From: an uncultured Gemmatimonadaceae bacterium
GTDB taxonomy: Bacteria > Gemmatimonadota > Gemmatimonadetes > Gemmatimonadales > Gemmatimonadaceae
Assembly (NCBI GenBank): GCA_963781585.1
Contig: CAWAGQ010000008.1
Coordinates: forward strand, 32,001-96,000
Direction: 5' to 3'
DNA: 64,000 nucleotides
A program made the position numbers and the translations under genes. Shown one piece after another: positions 1-9,813 of this stretch (within the stretch, counting starts at the first letter, position 1; every line of letters starts with the position of its first letter). Below the pieces are notes generated by a model. The model did not search any database. It saw only the letters and a list, made by a program, of their open reading frames with translations, and was not told where the DNA came from.

Positions 1-1196
1 CTGGCCCCGCCCATCGCGCCATTACCATCGCGGGTGCGTGCCAGCGTTGCCTCGCCGGAGGTCGAGGGCGGCGTTGCCTCGCCGGAAATGGAAGGCGCCG
101 CTGTGATCAGCTGCGATACATCGACCACCGCCACCGCATTCGCCCCGCCGAGCGTCACGTAGAGCGTCCGGCCGTCGGGGGAGAGCGCGACCGCCGTGGG
201 TGCCAGGCCGATCTTGCGCTCGTGGAAGGGGGCGATCGGGATCGTCGCCACCATCGAGTCCCGCCGCGTGTCGATGACGCTCACGTCGTCCGAGTTCCCG
301 TTCGCCACGAAAATCCGCTCGTCAGGCCGGTCCCACACCAGGCCCGTCGGGTGCAGTCCGACCGGGATGATCCGCTCGACCCTGCCGGAAACCAGATTCA
401 CGCGCATCACGCTCCCGCGCTCGGCGATGCCACGGGCATCGATGCGCACCGGCTCGGCCATCGGGTCGCAGCACTCGGTGGCCGCGCGTTCCCCGGGCGC
501 GGGCTTCGGCCCGCCCAGGTTGGTCACGTACGCCACCGCACCGGCGGGATCGACCACGGCCGCGACCGGAAGGACCCCGAGTGGAATCGCCGCCAGCAGC
601 GACCCGCTGTCGGCATCGAGTACGGCCAGCGCGTCATTCGCCGGGAGCGGGACCACCGCCACCCGGTGGCCCGAGGCGTTGGCGTGCGCCGCGACCGCCG
701 GCGCGCCGGCCAGATAATCGCCTAACGCCGGCGAGGTCGTCGCGACCACGGCGCTGTCCCTGCCCGCCGCATTGCGCGCCGTACGGTCGCCGGCGTAGGC
801 GATGAGCTGCACCACCGATCGCGCGCGCGCCGGTCGCGCACCGGGAACGCGGGCCATCGCCAGATCGGACGCCAGCCGCCCGACCGACGAGATCACCGCC
901 CGGCCGGTTGCCGGATCGATCGCGACTCCGTGCACACCGGGCCGGCCGTCGAATGCGGCGCTCGCCATCACCCGGTTGTCACGCCAGGCCAGCCGGTACG
1001 CGACGCCGGGAACCGTCACCCACAACTCACCGGGCGTTCGGCCGAACCGGACCCCTGCCACCCGCCCGTCGAACACACTCTGGAGCCCCGCGGGCGTGAC
1101 CCGCTGATCGGTGGCGATCACCCCGGGGTCCGGGACAGTGCGCTGCGGAACGGGCGTCGAACCCGCCTGCAGAAGAAACAGCGCGTGGAGAATCAT
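1..1196 (-). CDS. Secreted YVTN/YncE-type beta-propeller protein (runs off window start)
   Basis: Manual translation from ATG 1196: MILHALFLLQAG..., with propeller repeats AYVTNLGG, IPVGLHPTGL, IFVANGNSDDVSVID and LSPDGRTLYVT. Not in the ORF track because it is partial. Confidence 0.75.
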   Translation of the reverse strand, partial: MILHALFLLQAGSTPVPQRTVPDPGVIATDQRVTPAGLQSVFDGRVAGVRFGRTPGELWVTVPGVAYRLAWRDNRVMASAAFDGRPGVHGVAIDPATGRAVISSVGRLASDLAMARVPGARPARARSVVQLIAYAGDRTARNAAGRDSAVVATTSPALGDYLAGAPAVAAHANASGHRVAVVPLPANDALAVLDADSGSLLAAIPLGVLPVAAVVDPAGAVAYVTNLGGPKPAPGERAATECCDPMAEPVRIDARGIAERGSVMRVNLVSGRVERIIPVGLHPTGLVWDRPDERIFVANGNSDDVSVIDTRRDSMVATIPIAPFHERKIGLAPTAVALSPDGRTLYVTLGGANAVAVVDVSQLITAAPSISGEATPPSTSGEATLARTRDGNGAMGGA

Positions 1197-1339
1197 GCGT
1201 GAATCCTGTCTCCTGTTGCGCGCCGCGCCGCAGCGGCCAGTGTCACAATCCCGTCAACGCCAGCCGGCCGACTGACGCGTGCCCGGTCGTCGCGCCCTCC
1301 ACAATCGAGCCGGCCGCGCGGGACACGGCCGGTGTGACG

Positions 1340-3397
1340 TCACGGCACAACACGCTGTCCCGGTCCGTTCCGGTACTTTTCGAACCAGCCCAGGATGTAC
1401 GCGACCTTCGCCATCATGTTGCTCGGCTTGGCGGCAATCTCGTGCGACGCGTCGGGAATGCGTACCATTGCCGTGGGCACCTTGCGGAGCTTCAGCGCCT
1501 CGTAGAACTGCTCGGCCTCCTCGCTGGGCGTGCGATAGTCCACCTCGCCCGTCACCAGCATCGTCGGCGTGGTGACGTTCCCCACGTAGGTAATGGGTGA
1601 GCGCTTCATGTAGTGCTCGAGATTGTCCCACGGATACCCGGGGAACCAGTATCTATAGAAGAAGCCCGGTCCATCGGCCGTCAGCACGAAGCTGTACCAG
1701 TTGATGACCGGCTTGGCGACCACGGCCGCCTTGAAGCGATTGGTGTGACCGACGATCCAGGCGGTGAGGACGCCGCCGCCGCTGCCGCCGGTCACAAACA
1801 GCTGGTTCGGGTCCACGTAGCCCTTGGCGATCACGGCATCGACCCCCGACATCAGGTCGTCGTAGTCGTGGTCGGGATAGTCGTGGTGAATGAGGTTGCC
1901 GAATTCCTCGCCGTAACTCGTGGAGCCGCGGGGGTTCGTGTAGAGCACCACGTAGCCTGCCGCCGCGTAGAGCTGAATCTCCGACGAGTAGCGCACCCCG
2001 TAGTCGGCGAACGGTCCGCCGTGGATTTCGAGCACCATCGGATACTTCCTGGTGGCATCGAACCCCGGCGGCTTGACAATCCATCCCTGGATGCGCCGCT
2101 TGTCGAAGCTCGACTGGTACCAGATCTCCTCCACCGAGCCTAACGTCTTGTGGCCGAACAGGTCGTCGTTGAGCCGCGTCAGACGCTGGGCGTCGCTCCC
2201 CGCCCCGCCCACCGCCACGTCGGACGGATGGTCGGGCGCCGTCTGGGTGAACGCGAACCGGCCGTTGTCGGCGAGCGAATACGTCCCGCCCGAGTACGGC
2301 CGTCCCGGATCGAGCCCCCCGATGCCTGACGCGAGCGTGGTCAACTGGCCGGTCAGCGTCATGACGCCGATCTTCGTGTCGCCCTGGTCGTCGTACTGGA
2401 AAAAGATCCCCTTGCCGTCGCGACCCCAGTTGACGTTCTGCACATCGCGATCGAACGACCCGGAGATCATCCGCGGGTTCGAGCCGTCGCGATTCATCAG
2501 ATACAGGTGGGTGACCTGGTAGCCCTGGTACTTGTCGTCGAATCCGGTGTAGGCGACGAGCTTGCCGTCGGGCGACACGGCCGGTTCCTGGTCGGGGCCC
2601 TTGCGGGTGGTGAGCTGTTTGATCGTGCCCGACGCCACTGCGACGTCGTAGATGTCGCTCTCGCCGGGGTCGTACTCGGGATTCTCGTGCCGGTTGGCGG
2701 CGAACAGGATGGCGCTGCCGTCGGGAGTCCACTGCGGCGCGCCGTCGTCATACGGGCCGCTGGTGAGCTGGCGCGGCGTGCCGCCTTCGACGGGAAGCAC
2801 GAAGATGTGGCGGTAGCCGCTCCGCAGGTAGCCTGCTCCGTTGAACCGGTACTCGAGCTTGTCGATGTACTTGATCGGCGGGCCCCAGTCGGCGCCCTCC
2901 GGCTTGTCGGGGAGCTGCACGAACGGCTTCGGCTCGTCAGGCACGAACATCACGAACGCGATCCACTTGCCGTCGGGCGACCAGGCCAGCGCGCCCGGCG
3001 ACTCCTCCACGTGGGTGAGCTTCGCCTCCTGGCCCGAGTCCATCCAGCGGACGAAGATGTCTGCCTTGCGCTCATCGATGCTGGAGACGAAGAGGAGGCG
3101 GGTGCCGTCGGGCGACCACCGCGGTGACGCCGCCATCCGGGCGGGATCGAGCAGCGGCCGGAGCTCGGAGCCGTCGGCGTTGACCATCCACAGGCTCGAC
3201 CGCTCGCGGTCCTTCATGATGTCGTAGCCCGCGCGCTCGAACGCCACCCGGCGCCCGTCGGGCGAGATCTGCGGATCGGCCGCCCATTCGAGTTCGAAGA
3301 TGTCGCGCAGGGTGAACCGGTCGCTCGGCGCGGTCTGGGCCGAGAGGGCCGGAGCGGTCAGCGCGAGGCAGACGGCGGGAACCAGGAGTGAACGCAT
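1340..3397 (-). CDS. S9 family peptidase (acylaminoacyl/dipeptidyl aminopeptidase) with PD40 propeller
   Basis: Signal peptide, WSPDG repeats, IHGGP, nucleophile motif GGSGGG, D (DYRTP) and H (ASHEI). Confidence 0.92.
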   Translation of the reverse strand: MRSLLVPAVCLALTAPALSAQTAPSDRFTLRDIFELEWAADPQISPDGRRVAFERAGYDIMKDRERSSLWMVNADGSELRPLLDPARMAASPRWSPDGTRLLFVSSIDERKADIFVRWMDSGQEAKLTHVEESPGALAWSPDGKWIAFVMFVPDEPKPFVQLPDKPEGADWGPPIKYIDKLEYRFNGAGYLRSGYRHIFVLPVEGGTPRQLTSGPYDDGAPQWTPDGSAILFAANRHENPEYDPGESDIYDVAVASGTIKQLTTRKGPDQEPAVSPDGKLVAYTGFDDKYQGYQVTHLYLMNRDGSNPRMISGSFDRDVQNVNWGRDGKGIFFQYDDQGDTKIGVMTLTGQLTTLASGIGGLDPGRPYSGGTYSLADNGRFAFTQTAPDHPSDVAVGGAGSDAQRLTRLNDDLFGHKTLGSVEEIWYQSSFDKRRIQGWIVKPPGFDATRKYPMVLEIHGGPFADYGVRYSSEIQLYAAAGYVVLYTNPRGSTSYGEEFGNLIHHDYPDHDYDDLMSGVDAVIAKGYVDPNQLFVTGGSGGGVLTAWIVGHTNRFKAAVVAKPVINWYSFVLTADGPGFFYRYWFPGYPWDNLEHYMKRSPITYVGNVTTPTMLVTGEVDYRTPSEEAEQFYEALKLRKVPTAMVRIPDASHEIAAKPSNMMAKVAYILGWFEKYRNGPGQRVVP

Positions 3398-3499
3398 AAC
3401 GAGCTCCGGATTGCGAGGACCCGACGGCCGGGGATCCTCGAGTCACAAACGTAGGTCGGCTGACCACCCACAGCCAGTGAGGCCCGGGCGGAGCCGGTG

Positions 3500-4483
3500 C
3501 TATCCTTCCGCAATCTGGTACAGCGCGGCCGCGTTTCCCCCGAGAATCATCGACTTCTCGGCCGCCGGGATCGGCAGCACGCCGATGCTCTCCTTCATCT
3601 TCGCCATGCTGCTGATCAGATGGGGATAGTCGCTCCCCGCCAGCAGCTGACTCACGCCCGCGAACTCGATCGCCAGCCGCAGCGCCTTCGGGTCGAAGTT
3701 GACCGTATCGTAGAAGAACTTCTTCAGATACTCGCTGGGCAGCCGCTCGATGTTCACGCGGCATTCCGGATACGATTCGTAGCCGCGATCCAGCCGCTCG
3801 GCAATGTACGGAATCGCGCCGCCGAGGTGACCGAGCACCCAGCGGATATTCGGATACTTCTCCACCACGCCGCTGAAGACAAGCCCCGCCGCCGCGAGCG
3901 TGGTGTCGAACATGAATCCCACCAGCGGCATCAGCCAGTACTGCTCCATCGCTTCCACGCCCGCGGGATAGTTGGGGTGAATGTGGATCACGGCGCCCGC
4001 GTCGTTTACGCGCTCCCACAGCGGCCAGTAGCCCAGGTCGTGCAGCGCCACGCCGGCGACGTTGCCGTACACCATGCATCCCGCAAATCCCATCGAGATC
4101 GCCCGCTCGAACTCCTTCTCCGATGCCGTCGGATCGTTGAGCGGTAGCGTGGCCAGTGCGGTGAAGTGTTTCGCGCGCTCCGCCTTGATCTGCACCAACG
4201 CGTCGTTCACCAGACTCGCGAGGTACGCCGACCGCTGCGGCGTTTCCATGGTCGTCCCGGGCGCGGTGAGGGTGATGACCTGCATGTCCACCCCGGCATC
4301 GGCGATGACCCCCTCACGAAACGCGATGTCCCGGTGGCCACGGACGACGAAGTTGCGGTCGCCGGGTGAATCGAGGACCGGATTCCCGTCGGCGTCGTCG
4401 CTGACGGTGTACGCGCTCGGGCCTTTGCGGACGGCGTCGATGAACGAGGGCGGATAGTAATGATTGTGGACGTCGATGATCAT
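3500..4483 (-). CDS. Amidohydrolase_2 family protein (ACMSD-like)
   Basis: IDVHNH metal motif, HIHP, HLGG and GSDYPH. Confidence 0.88.
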   Translation of the reverse strand: MIIDVHNHYYPPSFIDAVRKGPSAYTVSDDADGNPVLDSPGDRNFVVRGHRDIAFREGVIADAGVDMQVITLTAPGTTMETPQRSAYLASLVNDALVQIKAERAKHFTALATLPLNDPTASEKEFERAISMGFAGCMVYGNVAGVALHDLGYWPLWERVNDAGAVIHIHPNYPAGVEAMEQYWLMPLVGFMFDTTLAAAGLVFSGVVEKYPNIRWVLGHLGGAIPYIAERLDRGYESYPECRVNIERLPSEYLKKFFYDTVNFDPKALRLAIEFAGVSQLLAGSDYPHLISSMAKMKESIGVLPIPAAEKSMILGGNAAALYQIAEG

Positions 4484-4536
4484 GAAAGGGAGGCGGTTGA
4501 CAGGTGTCAGTTCTCAGCGGGCAAGGAATGCGGTCA

Positions 4537-4630
4537 GGGGCCAGCGGCCACCGGTCAGCACTCATCGATCAACGGTCAGCGGTCAGCGGTCAGCTGATAG
4601 CTGAGCTGCAAGCCGATAGCCGATGGCTGC
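4537..4630. repeat. Intergenic heptamer repeats
   Basis: (CGGTCAG)x3 at 4573-4593, followed by GCTGATA/GCCGATA-type units. Confidence 0.6.
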
Positions 4631-4860
4631 CGTGAAGGTAGCGCTCGCGCGCGGCAGAGCGAGGGCTCGCGTGACGAAACCGGGGCACTGCGTCCCACCC
4701 CCAATCTCGACACGTAGGCCTGTGCACAAACGGTCGCCCGTGACGTCTCCCACGTGTCGTTACCGCGCAATCACCCGCTCCCGAAACCCGGTGGTGCAGC
4801 CCGACTGGCCGACGCCGTGCGCGCCGCGCCATGCACCTGGCTCCCCCACCAGGAGGTCGT

Positions 4861-6793
4861 ATGAGGCCACATCTTCCAGGCATCCTGCTGGCCCTGCTCC
4901 TCGCCCCCGCCCCCGCCCCCACTCCTGCGCGGACGCCCGCCCGCGTCGTGCTCACCGGGCGAGTGACCAGCGCGGCCACCAGGCAGCCGCTGGCCGCGGC
5001 CAGTGTGTACGTGCCGGCTCTGTCACGTTCCGTAGCTACGGACTCCGCCGGCACATACCGCATGGTGCTTGGCGCTGATCAGCGCGGGAAGCAGGTGACC
5101 GTGTACGCGCGCGCCGTCGGATACGCGCCGGCAAACCAGACCGTTCGCCTGACGAGCGACAGCGCGGTGGTGAACTTCGCGCTCGCCGCGGACGTGAACC
5201 GCCTCGTGGAGATGCGGGCCACCGGCGCCACGGCGGCGGAGATGCCGCAGGTCGGCGTTCGCGGTGGCCGCACGCAACGCCGCGAAGGCCGATGCCCTGG
5301 CAACCATCCGCCCCGCGCGCGCCGCCGTGGACCGTGGATTCAACACGGAGTCGTACGATCGGATCGTCGACAATGCCTTTCTGGGGGCGCGTGACAATCC
5401 GCTCAGCACCTTCTCCATCGATGTCGACCGCGCGTCATACAGTAACGTCCGCCGATTCGTCGCCTTGGGACAGCGCCCACCCAGGGACGCCGTTCGCATC
5501 GAGGAACTGGTCAACTACTTCCCGTACGACTATCCGGATCCCGACGGAGCCCGTCCGTTCTCGGTGATCACCGATGTCGCCCCCGCCCCGTGGAGCCCCG
5601 CGCACTACCTGGTGCGGGTGGGTCTCCAGGCCCGGCGCATCGCGCCGTCCGCGCTGCCGCCCAGCAATCTCGTCTTCCTCATCGACGTCTCCGGGTCGAT
5701 GATGCCTGACGAGAAGCTCCCGTTGCTCAAGCAAGCCTTCCGGCTGCTGGTCGGACAGCTCCGCGAACAGGACCGGGTGGCAATTGTGGTATACGCCGGC
5801 GCGGCCGGACTGGTGCTCCCCTCGACCCCCGGCAACCGCAAGGATGAGATTCTCGCGGCCCTCGACCGGCTGCAGGCCGGCGGGTCGACCGCGGGGGGTG
5901 CGGGCATCAGGCTCGCGTACGAAGTCGCGCAACGATACCACCTGCCCAAGGGAAACAACCGCGTGATCCTCGCCACCGATGGGGATTTCAACATCGGCGC
6001 ATCGAGCGACGCGGACATGGAACGCCTGATCGAGGAAAAGCGGAAGCAGGGGACGTTTCTTTCGGTACTCGGCTTCGGCATGGGGAACTACAAGGACTCG
6101 AAGATGGAGACGCTCGCCGACAAGGGGAACGGCAACTACGCGTACATCGACGACATCATCGAAGCACGCAAGGTGCTGGTCGACGAGATGGCCGGGACGC
6201 TGCTGACCGTGGCCAAGGACGTGAAGCTCCAGGTGGAATTCAATCCTCAGCGCGTGGCGTCGTACCGGCTGATCGGCTACGAGAACCGGATGCTGGCCAG
6301 GGAAGACTTCGACGACGACCGGAAGGACGCCGGCGAGATGGGCGCCGGCAACGCGGTGACCGCGTTCTACGAGGTGGTGCCGGTGGGGGTGAAAAGCCCC
6401 GCCGTGCCGAATCAGGATCCGTTACGCTATCAGGCCGCGCCGCCCTCTTCGACACGCTCGACGCGCGCGCACTCGAATGAGCTGATGTACGTCAAGCTGC
6501 GCTACAAGCTGCCTGACAAGGACGCGAGCCAGCGGTTCGATCATGTGGTGATGGCGCCGTCCGACCTGCACGCGGTCGCGACCTCGGACGATTTCCGATT
6601 CGCTGCGTCGGTGGCGGCATTCGGGATGGTGCTGCGCGATTCCGAGTACAGGGGATCGGCCACCCTCGACGACGTGCTGGTGATGGCAGGTGGTGCGCTG
6701 GGCGAGGACGTGGCTGGCTATCGGGCCGACTTCGTGCGCCTGGTGGAAGCAGCGCGCGACCGCGGGATCATGGCGGTGAAGAACGAGCGGTGA
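4861..6793 (+). CDS. VWA-domain protein (YfbK-like) with N-terminal carboxypeptidase-regulatory-like domain; one frameshift near 5260
   Basis: Signal peptide and Ig-like N-terminus in ORF 4831..5394. PLSTFSIDVDRASYSNVR, MIDAS motif DVSGSM and ATDGDFN in ORF 5264..6793. Confidence 0.82.
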
Positions 6794-6943
6794 GTGTGCC
6801 ACGAGCACGCTGTAGTCGGCAGCGGTTGCGGGACGGACCGTGCACGCTGGTGCCGGGGTGGCGCTGATCGTGCTCGGTGTTTGCCGGATCCGCGGAATGA
6901 ACGCAGATTGTGGACCCGACCGCCCCCGGCGACAAGGAGTCCG

Positions 6944-8503
6944 ATGCCACATCACCGAGTGCCCTGGGCCGGCGTCCTGGCGACCCTGGTCCTGGCCGCA
7001 TGCCGGCATGGCGACAAACACACTCCGACCGGGCCGACGGGATCGATCGAGCTGTCCCTGTCCGCGTCCAGTGTGATTGTCGCGCGCGGATCGAGCGCCG
7101 CGGTCACGGCCACAGTCCGACGGCTTCTCGGGTACGCAGGGAATGTGGCGCTCACGTTCGAAGGCCTGCCCGTGGGTGTGACCGCCGCCGCCGACCCATC
7201 GCCGCTGGCGTCATCGGCCACGCAGTCTCAGCTCACGCTCGTGGTGGCATCGACCGTCGCCCTGACCGACTACGCCGTGACGATTCGCGCGCACGGCGAC
7301 GGCGTGGAGGATGTCACGCAGGATCTTCATTTGAGCGTGATCGAGCACGAAACAGCCGTCACCTGGCAGCTTTGCAACCTGACGTCCGCCCTGTTCGCCG
7401 CGAGCCGCTCCGATGGCGAGCCCTGGATCGAGCGGCCGGTCTCGAACCACACTCTGTCCTTCTCGATACGCGGTCGCGGTCGACTGGTGCTGGTGCTCCA
7501 TCTCGATCCGGCCACCACGAACACAACAGAGTACTTCGGCACGGCCGATGACTTCGCTTCGCTGGGGACCGACAAGTGCATCGGCCTCGACGCCCTGCGC
7601 ACCCTGACCGGCACGGTCAGCGGCACCATCGCCAGCGACACCACGCACCTGTCCTTCGGCGCCAGTTCCGTCAACGCGAGCGGCGACGGCCCGTTCTCGC
7701 TTCCGTTCGCGGCCTTCGGCACGCGCGATTACATCGGGACGATCTTCAAGCAGGACCCGGTGACCAGCGTCGGCATGCCCATCAGGTACTGGTATGCGCG
7801 CAATATCGATCCCGGTTCGGGCGGCGTGCTTCCGCCGGTCGATTTCAATGCTGCTGGAATCACGCCCGGGAGCCACACGCTCCACATCACGGATCCCGGC
7901 ACGGACTTCGTTGTGCTCAGCTATGGATACCTCTCCGGAACCGAGCCGACGTGGTACTACATCGATCGCGCTCCGCCCGGCGCCGTGAATCCCTGGTGGC
8001 CCATTCCCCGGCAGGCCGCTGGCGATCTGACGCTGGTGCAGATCTACACGACATCTGCGGCCGCGCCGCTTACCTACCGATTCGATACGGAGATGATGGC
8101 GACGCCGTCCGATGCCACGGTGACAATCGGTCCGCCGATCGGCGATGTCGCCGTGACGGCAAACGCGGCGTCGGGCCATGTCCGGCCGCGTGTGCAGTAT
8201 ACGATCGTCCCGGCGTACGACCAGCAATTCTTCCTGTCGGTCAGCCAGACGACCGGCCCCGCACTGCGCTTCGTTACGGTCTCGGTTGCAGCCGACTATC
8301 TGGATGGAGCCACGACGCTCGATGCCGCCTTCGACGACCTGTCGTCAGTTGCGGGATGGACCGATGACTACGCGCTCACGCCCGGCACGGTATCGTGGAC
8401 ATTCCAGGCCTCGGGCGGGACGGCTTTCAGCGGGCTGCGCATGCGGTACGGGCCCGGGCTGACGTATCGGGGCGCCCGCCGGGACGGCATGACCGTCTTC
8501 TGA
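6944..8503 (+). CDS. Hypothetical lipoprotein with Ig-like N-terminal domain
   Basis: AAGGAG RBS before ATG 6944, lipobox LAAC, beta-rich sequence. Confidence 0.7.
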   Translation: MPHHRVPWAGVLATLVLAACRHGDKHTPTGPTGSIELSLSASSVIVARGSSAAVTATVRRLLGYAGNVALTFEGLPVGVTAAADPSPLASSATQSQLTLVVASTVALTDYAVTIRAHGDGVEDVTQDLHLSVIEHETAVTWQLCNLTSALFAASRSDGEPWIERPVSNHTLSFSIRGRGRLVLVLHLDPATTNTTEYFGTADDFASLGTDKCIGLDALRTLTGTVSGTIASDTTHLSFGASSVNASGDGPFSLPFAAFGTRDYIGTIFKQDPVTSVGMPIRYWYARNIDPGSGGVLPPVDFNAAGITPGSHTLHITDPGTDFVVLSYGYLSGTEPTWYYIDRAPPGAVNPWWPIPRQAAGDLTLVQIYTTSAAAPLTYRFDTEMMATPSDATVTIGPPIGDVAVTANAASGHVRPRVQYTIVPAYDQQFFLSVSQTTGPALRFVTVSVAADYLDGATTLDAAFDDLSSVAGWTDDYALTPGTVSWTFQASGGTAFSGLRMRYGPGLTYRGARRDGMTVF

Positions 8504-8511
8504 TCCAGGCT

Positions 8512-9813
8512 TCAGCGCTTTCCCCACGCCCAGTACACCGGTACCCCGATCAACACCACTCCCAACCCCATCGCGCTGTCCTTCGGATTCGACAGCAATG
8601 CGTTCACCACCACCGCGAACGACACGATCACGAAGAGCAGGGGCGTCATGGGATAACCCCAGATGCGGTAGCCGCGCGTGACACCCGCGCGCCGGCGCAG
8701 CACCATCAGCCCGATCGCCATCAACCCGAAGAAGATCCATTCGGTGTAGACCACCCGCGTGAACAACGCCCGGAACGTGCCGGTCGCCACCAGCAGCGAG
8801 GACCAGATCGCCTGCACCACGATCGCCCGGTGCGGCGTGCGGAAGGTGGGATGCACCTGGCCGAACCACCGGAACAGCAGTCCGTCCTGCGCCATGGCGT
8901 AGTAGACGCGCGGCCCGGCCAGGATGATCCCGGTCAGGGCGCCTAACGTGGAGATGAGCACGACCACCGACGCGATCCGGCCGCCGCCCGAGCCCAGCAG
9001 CGTATCGGCGAGGTCGGCGGCCACGCGCGTCGACGCGGCGACCCGGTCGAGGGGCATGACGTAGAGGTAGACGGCGTTCATCGCCATGTACGCGGCCGTT
9101 ACCACCAGCGTCCCGATCATCAGCGCGCGCGGAATGGTCTTTGCCGGCTCCACCGTCTCCTCGGCGCTGTAGGTCACCATGTGCCAGCCGCCGTAGGCGA
9201 ACAATCCGGCCACCATCGCCCGGAGGAATCCGCCGACCGATGCCCCGGTCGCCGCGCTCGCGCCCACGAAGTGCTCCGGCACGCGGCTGCCCAGGGCGAC
9301 GCCCACGATCACGATCAACGCCACGGCCGCGAGCTTGACCGCGGTAAAGGCAGTCTGCACCTGGCTCCCCTGCTTCACGCCCAGGTAGTTGACCGCCGAC
9401 AGCCCAACGATCATGCCGATGCCCACCACCCGACCCCCGACCGTGCCCAGGGGGATGAAATAGCCCACATACCGCGCAAACACCGTCGCGATCGCGGCGA
9501 TGATCCCCGAGTGCATCGTGAGGAACATCGCCCATCCCCAGAGGAACCCGAGCGACGGATGAAGCGACTCCGAGAGATAGACGTACACTCCACCGGTGCG
9601 CGTGAACGTCGACGCCAGCTCCGCACAGACGAGTGACCCGATCAGCGTCAGCGCGCCCGACGCCAGCCAGGCCAGCAGGACCCACGGCACCGAGTGCACC
9701 TGGGTGGTGACTTCGGACGGCTGCACGAAGATCGACGCCCCGATGATCGTCCCCACCACCATCGCGGTGGCATGGGGGAGGCGGATGGCGCGATGGAGTT
9801 CGCTGGCCCTCAC
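8512..9813 (-). CDS. APC family amino acid permease
   Basis: GTIIGASIF, AYGGW and GPRVYYAMA motifs; about 12 TM helices. Confidence 0.9.
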   Translation of the reverse strand: MRASELHRAIRLPHATAMVVGTIIGASIFVQPSEVTTQVHSVPWVLLAWLASGALTLIGSLVCAELASTFTRTGGVYVYLSESLHPSLGFLWGWAMFLTMHSGIIAAIATVFARYVGYFIPLGTVGGRVVGIGMIVGLSAVNYLGVKQGSQVQTAFTAVKLAAVALIVIVGVALGSRVPEHFVGASAATGASVGGFLRAMVAGLFAYGGWHMVTYSAEETVEPAKTIPRALMIGTLVVTAAYMAMNAVYLYVMPLDRVAASTRVAADLADTLLGSGGGRIASVVVLISTLGALTGIILAGPRVYYAMAQDGLLFRWFGQVHPTFRTPHRAIVVQAIWSSLLVATGTFRALFTRVVYTEWIFFGLMAIGLMVLRRRAGVTRGYRIWGYPMTPLLFVIVSFAVVVNALLSNPKDSAMGLGVVLIGVPVYWAWGKR